Positions 31,998 to 38,886 of a stretch of DNA of 38,886 nucleotides are shown one piece after another. The stretch covers positions 1 through 38,886 of the IMG/VR virus record IMGVR_UViG_3300045988_156257. The stretch is one strand, 5' to 3'. The notes under the pieces are model-generated. The model had not been told where the DNA came from, did not search any database, and worked only from the letters and a program-made list of their open reading frames with translations. The stretch is from a virus. The position numbers and the translations under genes are program-made. Within the stretch, counting starts at the first letter, position 1; the number at the start of each line of letters is the position of its first letter.

Positions 31998-34893
31998 CGT
32001 AACGCTTGAAAACACTCAGCAGTCAATCAGCAGTCGTGATACCAAGTCCGTTGCGTCCGTGATGGTCAACGGCAAGTGGGTCAATCTGAGCGACACACTG
32101 GAGCAAACTAACGTCAAATCAGACGTAGGCGCAGTGTCTAAGCAAGTGGCTGAACAGCAAACAGTGATAACAAGCATGGTTGCACAGGCTGACAGTGCCG
32201 TTGAGAGTGCTGGTGAGAATGCCAAAGCATTGGCTAGCCAAGCCAACGCACTGAGTGATGCCAAGAAGGCGATAGATAGTGACGTCGCTAGCGCTAAGGG
32301 ACTAGCCAACACGGCACAAGCAACCGCCGATAACGCCATTAAAAGTGCGTCAAGCGTGGCAAATGATCTTGCGGCAGTGGCAAGTCAAGCAAAGTCCAAC
32401 GCAAGTGGGATCACGAAGGTGACGTCCGATGTGGGATTGCTACAAACCACAGTGGCGGATAACAGTGGAAACATCTCCAAGATCCAAGAAACGGCTACAA
32501 AAATTCAGCAAGCCGTATCCGACAACTCCGGTGCAATTATGACGGCAACTCAAACCGCACAAAGTGCCGTAACCGTCGCTAGCGATGCGAAATCAAATGC
32601 AACTGTTGCCGTGCAAACAGCAAGCGGAGCAAGCGTCACGGCTAAGAATGCACAAGGCGATGCCACCACAGCAATAACCACGGCCAAAGGCGCCGTTACT
32701 CAAGCTAGTGACGCAAAGTCTAACGCAACAATCGCCGTTCAAACGGCAAGCGAAGCCAGCGTAACAGCGACTAACGCACAAAGTGACGCCAGCTTTGCTA
32801 AGCAAACAGCGAGTGATGCCAGTGTTCAAATCAAGAACGCACAAGGCGATATCTCAAAATTGCAAACCCGAGCGGGAACGATCGAAGCAAGCGTGGCCAC
32901 CAATTCCGGGGCAATCGCTGATGTGCAGGCTACCGCTAACCAACTCAAGGCAAGTGTGTCTGATAACGCAGGTAACATCACGGTGGCCAAGCAAACCGCC
33001 GACAGCGCTGTCGCGGTGGCCAGTGATGCCCGCAGTAATGCTACGGTTGCTATTCAAACAGCGTCACAAGCTAGTATCACAGCTAGTAGCGCAAGTGGGC
33101 AGGCGGCCAGTGCCGTGCTCACAGCTAATGGAGCAATGACCACCGCCAGTGATGCTAAGAGCGACGCCACAGTGGCAGTTCAAACAGCGAGTGGAGCTAG
33201 CTTAACAGCCACCAATGCACAAGGTGATGCCGCAATCGCTAAGCAAACGGCAAGCGAGGCTATTGTGCAGGCGTCCAATGCTGAGAGCGACTTTGCCCAG
33301 TTATCGATCAGAGCGAACAAGATCGAGGCAAATGTGGCGAACAACTCGGGGGCGATCGCTAGCGTGCAACAGACCGCGAACGGGCTGACGTCACGTGTGG
33401 GCAATCTTGAAAGCAAGACGGATACGCAACAAACAGCGATCGAGCAGAACAAAAATGCGATCACGCTCAAAGCCGACCAGACCAACGTGGACAAGATCAA
33501 CGGTACCGTTAATCAACTGCAATCCTCGCTATCTGTGCAAGCTGGACAAATCCAGACGAAGGTTAGCGCTAGTGACGTGTCAGGAATGCTGACCGGTTAT
33601 GCAACTCAAAGCTATGCGCAATCACTCGTCACGCAGAAAGCCGACGAATGGAACGTAAACTTAACCAAACTAAAAAACGACACTCAAACCAGCTTGACTA
33701 ACTTGGCGGTAGGGGTAGAAGGTGTCCAGGCACAGGTCTACAACTCAGACGGGTCGAGTAAAATTACACAGCTGTCCAACTTAATTGCGACAAAGGTATC
33801 TCAAGGCGACTACAACTCGCAGATCACTCAGCTCCAGAACGATATCAATCTTCGGGTTGCTAAAGGCGACGTGATCAGTCAGATCAACCAAGAGGCCGGC
33901 GGAGACACGTTGATCCAGGTAAGTAACGGGAAGAAATCGTTAATCCTTGATGCGGCAAACACGATCATTACTGGTGAAGCTTGGATCCCGGGTGCGGCAA
34001 TTGGGAGCTTGGACGCTTCCAAGTTGACATTCTATGGTGCTAATAACACTTATGCTACTATTGGTGCCAGCGTTGCTCAATACGACGACGATAATCAGAA
34101 GAGCACAATCAACCTTCAGTACAACGGTGGGATTGAGATCCACTCGTCAAACCAACAGGGATCTATCCTTACAATGCACGACAACACTATCCGGTTAGCT
34201 TCTAAATCATGGGGAGATAACCCCAATGCTTATCAGTATTCAGGTTTTTACGCCGCACCTAATTACTCGCTGATGAATACTTATCATAAAGATGGGACAA
34301 CTTCTGGAGTGGCAATTGACGATGACCGAATTCATATCTATGGCAGTTCAAAAGATAATCAACTCGGCGCACTTCAAGCAGATGTTGGTTGGTATAGTAT
34401 CAATGGGAAGACCGGCTTATTAACAGGGAACCAAATCAGCCTTAAAGCAGGAAACACCCAAGCAGTATTAAACGATAATAACATTAATATTAATAACGCC
34501 AGCGATACTAATAGTAAGAATTACGATGTGGCAATTCATATTAAAGGATGGGCTGAAATGACCGGCTGGTTTACCTGCATGGGAATAACCCAAACCTCGT
34601 TGCTTAGTACAAAGACACGTATTGAACCGCTTGATACAAAAGTAGCTCTTGACAAGATAGTGTCTGCTAATGTTGAAACTTATCAATTTAAGTCTGATGT
34701 TGCAAAAGGCAAAACTAAGCGTCATACGTCTGTCATTATTGATGATGTAAACGACGTTGCAGAATATTACACCCCCGAGGAATTTATTTCAGAAAATCGT
34801 ATGGGGCGTGATGACGGAGACATCATTGGCTACCTCATGGGGGCCGTGCAAGAATTAAAGAAACAGTTAGATGAATTAAAGGAGAAGATTTAA
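31984..34893 (+). CDS. Tail fibre with Ala/Ser/Thr-rich repeat shaft and C-terminal S74 intramolecular chaperone domain
   Basis: 969 aa with nested repeats in residues ~190-480. The C-terminus (LLSTKTRIEPLDTKVALDKIVSANVETYQFKSD...IGYLMGAVQELKKQL) fits the auto-cleaving chaperone of tail fibres/spikes. Confidence 0.82.
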   Translation: MPMDNVTLENTQQSISSRDTKSVASVMVNGKWVNLSDTLEQTNVKSDVGAVSKQVAEQQTVITSMVAQADSAVESAGENAKALASQANALSDAKKAIDSDVASAKGLANTAQATADNAIKSASSVANDLAAVASQAKSNASGITKVTSDVGLLQTTVADNSGNISKIQETATKIQQAVSDNSGAIMTATQTAQSAVTVASDAKSNATVAVQTASGASVTAKNAQGDATTAITTAKGAVTQASDAKSNATIAVQTASEASVTATNAQSDASFAKQTASDASVQIKNAQGDISKLQTRAGTIEASVATNSGAIADVQATANQLKASVSDNAGNITVAKQTADSAVAVASDARSNATVAIQTASQASITASSASGQAASAVLTANGAMTTASDAKSDATVAVQTASGASLTATNAQGDAAIAKQTASEAIVQASNAESDFAQLSIRANKIEANVANNSGAIASVQQTANGLTSRVGNLESKTDTQQTAIEQNKNAITLKADQTNVDKINGTVNQLQSSLSVQAGQIQTKVSASDVSGMLTGYATQSYAQSLVTQKADEWNVNLTKLKNDTQTSLTNLAVGVEGVQAQVYNSDGSSKITQLSNLIATKVSQGDYNSQITQLQNDINLRVAKGDVISQINQEAGGDTLIQVSNGKKSLILDAANTIITGEAWIPGAAIGSLDASKLTFYGANNTYATIGASVAQYDDDNQKSTINLQYNGGIEIHSSNQQGSILTMHDNTIRLASKSWGDNPNAYQYSGFYAAPNYSLMNTYHKDGTTSGVAIDDDRIHIYGSSKDNQLGALQADVGWYSINGKTGLLTGNQISLKAGNTQAVLNDNNININNASDTNSKNYDVAIHIKGWAEMTGWFTCMGITQTSLLSTKTRIEPLDTKVALDKIVSANVETYQFKSDVAKGKTKRHTSVIIDDVNDVAEYYTPEEFISENRMGRDDGDIIGYLMGAVQELKKQLDELKEKI
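32560..33400 (+). repeat. Nested in-frame repeats in the fibre gene
   Basis: Four copies of a ~29-aa unit SDAKSNATVAVQTASGASVTA-NAQGDA begin at ~32581, ~32704, ~33022 and ~33145. They are arranged as a ~147-aa (441-bp) duplication. Confidence 0.8.
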
Positions 34894-34895
34894 CT

Positions 34896-35087
34896 ATGAA
34901 TAACGAAGTAATGCAAAATTTAGTGAACGATTACGCGTCAGAACTAGGTGTACTGCACTCTAACTTGGTAATCGAACGGGCAAACAATCGCGCGTTACAG
35001 GCACAGTTAGACAAGGCAAACCAGGAATTAAAGGAACTCAAAGACAAGCAAGATACCGACAAGCAAGACACTACTAAGGAGGACTAA
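34896..35087 (+). CDS. Small coiled-coil protein
   Basis: 63 aa, AAGGAG upstream, heptad-like LQAQLDKANQELKELKDKQ. Confidence 0.6.
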   Translation: MNNEVMQNLVNDYASELGVLHSNLVIERANNRALQAQLDKANQELKELKDKQDTDKQDTTKED

Positions 35088-35089
35088 TC

Positions 35090-35347
35090 ATGCAAGTAAA
35101 CGTATCAAACATCGTTTTTAACTTCTCAACCACAACGCCTGGCCAAGTCGACTCGGCCAACTTCGCTTTCTACGGCTCAAACGCCGAAACGGGCGAGTTT
35201 CTTAACAACACGGTGCGCGTTGACAAGACCGAACTGCCAGAAGGCACTACGTTTTTCACGGGCTTAGACAAAGCCCAGACGATTGCACGGCAAAAGCTGC
35301 TCAAGTATCTGGCACTGCCTACCGATACGACGACTACGACTGCTTAA
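35090..35347 (+). CDS. Hypothetical structural-module protein
   Basis: 85 aa with a GGAGG SD, tightly packed. Confidence 0.6.
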   Translation: MQVNVSNIVFNFSTTTPGQVDSANFAFYGSNAETGEFLNNTVRVDKTELPEGTTFFTGLDKAQTIARQKLLKYLALPTDTTTTTA

Positions 35348-35360
35348 GGAGATGATGCAG

Positions 35361-35837
35361 ATGACACTGCAGACGATTGACCTTTGGGACGAGCCAAGCC
35401 CGTTTCAGAATGAAGACGCCTACGAGCAGAAACAGCACAACTGGATGGAGCTGCGTGGGTATTTTGGCTACTACGCCAATTACCTGGAAGAGTCGGCCGA
35501 AAATAATCAAACGCGCATCGACAATCTCATTAAAAATGCACCCCAACCGTCCGAAGTCGTGGACGCACGCACGGCAAGCGATGGCACGGTATATGCTACA
35601 CTGCACGCGCGCCTGGTCAACCTTGACGACGGCAAGATTGGCTATGAGGATGCATCTCAGCTGACCGGAGTCACTCGCACGCTTAAGCTGCGGGGATTCA
35701 ACACGATCTCATCCCCGATTAAAGAAAGCAAAATGCAGATGATCACTGACGACTATGACAATCACGGTCAGGAAGGGCTGAAAGTCATTGCTGTCTCGTC
35801 AATCCAAGTAACCAAAGGGAGTGAGCTGAATGGTTGA
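35361..35837 (+). CDS. Putative fibre/baseplate accessory protein
   Basis: AAGGAG at 35346-35351. The ATG at 35361 has the best spacing; 35352 and 35355 are also possible. The segment PSEVVDARTASDGTVYATLHARL resembles N-terminal regions of phage fibre or receptor-binding proteins. Confidence 0.55.
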   Translation: MTLQTIDLWDEPSPFQNEDAYEQKQHNWMELRGYFGYYANYLEESAENNQTRIDNLIKNAPQPSEVVDARTASDGTVYATLHARLVNLDDGKIGYEDASQLTGVTRTLKLRGFNTISSPIKESKMQMITDDYDNHGQEGLKVIAVSSIQVTKGSELNG

Positions 35838-36213
35838 GTCGATTAAGCTGATGAAAACCAAAGGCGCTGACGCTGAACAGGTCTATCCAGAAACCCACGC
35901 TGGCGTTGTGCACGGACTGACCAGTGCAATTAGCACGGTAGCAGGCGGTCATGACAACAAGCTGCCGGATGGTGCCGACTTAAACGCATGCACGAGTGGC
36001 TCAGACGCGGGCATGAAAGTCTACATCATCGATGGCGTACATGTTAAGAATGGCCCACAGAGTGTCGTATCCACACAGTGCTGGGCGGCACTCGTAGTAA
36101 TCGACATCAACGGCAACACCGCTGTACAACAGTACTACGATGCTGATGGTAGCGTGTGGGTGCGTGGCGCCAACGGAGACAACAAGACCTGGAACAGCTG
36201 GAAGAAACATTAG
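35830..36213 (+). CDS. Knob-like putative receptor-binding domain protein
   Basis: 127 aa. The C-terminal pattern (GMKVYIIDG..KNGP....CWAALVVID......YYDADGSVWVRG......WNSWKK) resembles pyocin-knob-type fibre tips. Confidence 0.5.
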   Translation: MVESIKLMKTKGADAEQVYPETHAGVVHGLTSAISTVAGGHDNKLPDGADLNACTSGSDAGMKVYIIDGVHVKNGPQSVVSTQCWAALVVIDINGNTAVQQYYDADGSVWVRGANGDNKTWNSWKKH

Positions 36214-36224
36214 GAGATGATGAC

Positions 36225-36713
36225 ATGAGCACTTATATCGCAGACGTACTCGACAATGACGGTAACTCAATCCGGCCAATCACGGACTGGACGGCAATCC
36301 AAAATGCGCCAGACTTCGCAACGCAGATTCAGGGCGTCAAAAACAGTCTGACCGGTGATTCGGGGACATGGACCAGCAATGGACTGCAGTTTTTAAACGG
36401 TGCCGGCCAAGCTGATGGCACGCCGGTCGAATACAAGTACGAACATATTGGAGCGTACAAGGCACTGATGATCTCTGGTGCAATTAAGCTGCCTGGTTTA
36501 GGCTCAACCAATAGTGCCGACATTCTGCAGGTGCCAGTCCCAGACTGGTGGGACAACAGCCACTGTATCGTGCTTAACTACCTGGTACCGACGTGGGACA
36601 GCACGCAGAACTGGTTTACGTGGAACAACGGGAAAATCCACTTGACCAACAACTCCAGCTCGGCACAACAAGCAGCGTCATGGATGGATTTTCAAATCAT
36701 GGTGCTCTGCTAG
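36225..36713 (+). CDS. Hypothetical protein (possible second receptor-binding module)
   Basis: The ATG at 36225 has AGGAG 8 nt upstream. 162 aa. No confident domain. Confidence 0.55.
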   Translation: MSTYIADVLDNDGNSIRPITDWTAIQNAPDFATQIQGVKNSLTGDSGTWTSNGLQFLNGAGQADGTPVEYKYEHIGAYKALMISGAIKLPGLGSTNSADILQVPVPDWWDNSHCIVLNYLVPTWDSTQNWFTWNNGKIHLTNNSSSAQQAASWMDFQIMVLC

Positions 36714-36798
36714 GTTGAATCAGTCGCCAAAGAAAGTCAACAGTACCTTATGGGATGGGGGCGGCTTTTAAAAAGGAATTAGGAAAGTGAGGTGGGCT

Positions 36799-37125
36799 AT
36801 GGATATGCATAGACCATTTGGCTTTGATTGGGGTGAGCTGGTCAGCATCGTGACGTTAATTGGAGTTGCTATGACATATGTTAAGACGTCGATCACAAAC
36901 GCGGCTCACGACTCCAACCAGGCTGAATTTGACCGGCTGGGCGACTCAATCGCTCAGTTAAATCAAACTATGATCAAGGTTAATATGGTTCTAGACAGTC
37001 TCAAAGCTGACCGTGAGTCAACAAATCAGCGGCTCACTAAGTTGGAGACAGCGACTGACAAGCATGATGTTCGGTTGGCACGGATTGAAGAACATGTGAT
37101 CGTCAACAAGGGGGACAAAAAATGA
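36799..37125 (+). CDS. Membrane-anchored coiled-coil protein of the lysis cassette
   Basis: It has an N-terminal TM (WGELVSIVTLIGVAMTYV) followed by a coiled coil (LNQTMIKVNMVLDSLKADRESTNQRLTKLE). The start is 36799 or 36805. It lies directly upstream of the holin. Confidence 0.55.
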   Translation: MDMHRPFGFDWGELVSIVTLIGVAMTYVKTSITNAAHDSNQAEFDRLGDSIAQLNQTMIKVNMVLDSLKADRESTNQRLTKLETATDKHDVRLARIEEHVIVNKGDKK

Positions 37126-37556
37126 AGGTAGCAAATGACATTATCGAATGGTTGATTCAATCGGGAGCCATTGTATGGCTCTTTTATTTTGGCTTCGTAA
37201 TCGCTAAGCCGTGGGTTGGCAGCAAGATTGATCACGCTAAGACAGTCCGGCAACGTGAAGCCTGGACGCTCTTGGAGCAGGTGGCGATGACTGCTGTCAA
37301 CTCGTTAGTAAGTTCCAGCAAGCCAGGCCCCCAGAAGTTTGCGGAAGCATCTGACCAGGTACAGTCCTATATGGCCGATCACGGTGTCCACATTGACATG
37401 AAGACCGTTCAGTCAGTTGTACAGGCGGCATATGAGCAGTCACCGTTGACACCTACCACAGAGCCAACGAAGAAACCGGACAAGTTGGGACAAAAAGAAC
37501 CTGATCTTGTCCCAGACGGCAAGGCAAAGGCAATTGATCCCAAGGAGGTCGCATAA
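37122..37556 (+). CDS. Holin (Holin_LLH-like, single N-terminal TM)
   Basis: 144 aa. It has a TM at [12 protein letters not shown] followed by a long hydrophilic tail. ATGA overlap with the upstream gene. It lies immediately before the endolysin. Confidence 0.65.
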   Translation: MKVANDIIEWLIQSGAIVWLFYFGFVIAKPWVGSKIDHAKTVRQREAWTLLEQVAMTAVNSLVSSSKPGPQKFAEASDQVQSYMADHGVHIDMKTVQSVVQAAYEQSPLTPTTEPTKKPDKLGQKEPDLVPDGKAKAIDPKEVA

Positions 37557-37557
37557 A

Positions 37558-38670
37558 ATGGCAGTTCGTAATCCATTTATTGATGTTTCAAGTTACCAAC
37601 CTGATACGGTAGCATTTTTTCAAACGGCTAAGAATCAAGGAGCACAAGGCGTTGTTGTAAAGCTAACTGAAGGTAGTGAAGATGGTTCTAATTACATTAA
37701 TCCACGAGCGGCAGCACAAATTCACAATGCCCTAGCAGTGGGCTTAAGAGTAGCCTGCTATCATTTTGCCCGCTACACTTCAATTCCCGATGCACAGAAT
37801 GAAGCACGATTCTTTGTTAAGGTTGCTCGGCAGTTTGGCATGTATGACGATACGCTGATGATTGATGATGCAGAAGTTAATTCAGCCAGCGATTATCAAG
37901 GTGCTACCTTAGCCTTTCTTCAAGAAGTAGAAGCCCTCGGCTATAAGAGTACTGGTGTCTATTCAATGCGGAGTTTCTTTACTGGTGGCATCTTAAACAG
38001 TCACGGCTTCGGCAATCGGAAGAAGTGGGTTGCTGGCTATGGAGTTACTTCACTCGGAATTGATAATGCAAATGCTTGGCAATATACCGATCACGGTATC
38101 ATGGGGATTGACACCAGTTTTGACTTTGACGGTGCCTTCACCACTGGAAAAGCAAGCGGTAGTGTACCAAGTACCCCAGTACCAGCACCACAACCAGTTG
38201 AACACGTTGGTAAGCCAGCGGATGGGACTTACATTGTTCAATCTGGTGACACATTATCTGGCATTGCAGGCAAGTACAATACGACTTGGCAAACCTTAGC
38301 AGCGATTAACAGCTTGGGTAATCCTAACTTGCTTCAAGTAGGCCAAGTATTGAAGGTAACCGGTGAGTCATCACCACAGAATACTTACTACGTCCAAGCA
38401 GGTGATACTTTAAGCGGAATTGCCAGCAAGTTTGGCACAACCGTTTCTGGCTTAGTAAGCCTTAACCACATTGCCAATCCTAACGTGATTTACGTTGGCC
38501 AAAAGATTATGCTTGGTGATACTGGCCAATCTAACGCCTATACCGTTCAAAGTGGCGATACTCTATCTGGAATCGCTTCTGCTCACGGAACTACTTGGCA
38601 GGCATTAGCAGCAAAGAATCACATTTCTAATCCGAACATGATTTTTGTTGGTCAAACAATTCAATTATAG
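37558..38670 (+). CDS. Endolysin: GH25 muramidase + three LysM repeats
   Basis: The ATG at 37558 has AAGGAGG 8 nt upstream. The N-terminal FIDVSSYQ and IDDAE motifs fit GH25. There are three LysM units: Y(I/Y/T)VQ(S/A)GDTLSGIA...VGQ... Confidence 0.9.
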   Translation: MAVRNPFIDVSSYQPDTVAFFQTAKNQGAQGVVVKLTEGSEDGSNYINPRAAAQIHNALAVGLRVACYHFARYTSIPDAQNEARFFVKVARQFGMYDDTLMIDDAEVNSASDYQGATLAFLQEVEALGYKSTGVYSMRSFFTGGILNSHGFGNRKKWVAGYGVTSLGIDNANAWQYTDHGIMGIDTSFDFDGAFTTGKASGSVPSTPVPAPQPVEHVGKPADGTYIVQSGDTLSGIAGKYNTTWQTLAAINSLGNPNLLQVGQVLKVTGESSPQNTYYVQAGDTLSGIASKFGTTVSGLVSLNHIANPNVIYVGQKIMLGDTGQSNAYTVQSGDTLSGIASAHGTTWQALAAKNHISNPNMIFVGQTIQL

Positions 38671-38675
38671 AAATT

Positions 38676-38724
38676 AACCCCTAGTGGTTGTTGCAGAAAA
38701 TGTAACGTCCACTAGGGGTTTTTT
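38676..38724 (+). terminator. Strong intrinsic terminator after the endolysin
   Basis: AACCCCTAGTGG ... CCACTAGGGGTT 12-bp perfect stem followed by TTTT (the stem's terminal TT plus these four form a six-T run at 38719-38724). Confidence 0.85.
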
Positions 38725-38767
38725 GTGTTAAAAAGCGTTTCATTTTTAATGGGTTGTTTTTTATAAA

Positions 38768-38886
38768 AAGGCCCTGCCGTTAAGCAGGACCTTTTTAGTT
38801 TCATTGGGACACTATTGGGACACCTTTACGGGTGAAACCATTGTGTACCAACGTTTTAACAAGTAACCGAGATTACTTGTTGTAGA
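38768..38886. repeat. Terminal direct repeat, copy 2 (identical to 1..119)
   Basis: See copy 1; 119/119 identity on manual alignment. Confidence 0.95.
38770..38796 (+). terminator. Second, potentially bidirectional terminator (also present as 3..29)
   Basis: GGCCCTGC-CGTTAA-GCAGGACC stem (7 of 8 positions paired) with A5 upstream and T5 downstream. It lies inside the terminal repeat. Confidence 0.55.

Noticed and set aside
32016-33592. Antisense and out-of-frame ORFs in the fibre repeat region
   Set aside because: They are artefacts of the Ala/Ser/Thr codon repeats (GCN/AGC-rich), which keep other frames open.

Overview
The window is a complete temperate siphovirus-type phage genome, either circularly closed or cut exactly at its att repeats. 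Bases 1-119 recur exactly at 38768-38886, so the unique unit is 38,767 bp. All functional calls rest on motif and architecture recognition by eye; no database search was possible.

Layout, left to right:
- attP-like region and a tyrosine integrase (-).
- An AT-rich cluster of small membrane or acidic 'moron' genes.
- Two insertion sequences back to back: an IS200/IS605-family element with intact tnpA and tnpB, and an IS30-family element.
- A membrane-anchored Sie-like protein, an ImmA-like metalloprotease and an XRE repressor (all -).
- A divergent genetic switch, then a cro-like gene.
- Early genes: RecT, a PD-(D/E)XK exonuclease, SSB, a replisome organiser with embedded iterons, and a DnaC-like loader.
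- A ~470-bp ORF-free island with its own minus-strand promoter and terminator.
- A small HTH protein, a DUF1064-like nuclease and an ArpU-like late regulator.
- A terminator-insulated, AT-rich Zn-ribbon + DUF4145-like gene.
- An HNH/terS/terL cos-type packaging module, a portal, a prohead-protease::HK97-capsid fusion and connector proteins.
- Major tail protein, G/GT chaperone with a -1 frameshift, tape measure with an SLT domain, and Dit.
- A Tal carrying an N-terminal GH43-like propeller plus NlpC/P60, a repeat-rich fibre with an S74 chaperone, and receptor-binding accessories.
- A lysis cassette with a GH25 + 3xLysM endolysin.

No tRNA, rRNA or CRISPR array was seen. The gene repertoire (Holin_LLH-like, ArpU, DUF771-like, LysM lysin, IS30) suggests a Lactobacillaceae host, but this is inference only.

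The most unusual items are:
- the phage-borne TnpA/TnpB element
- the insulated Zn-ribbon/DUF4145-like candidate defence gene and its structured leader
- the ORF-free minus-strand transcription unit
- the GH43-like extension on the Tal
- the protease-capsid fusion
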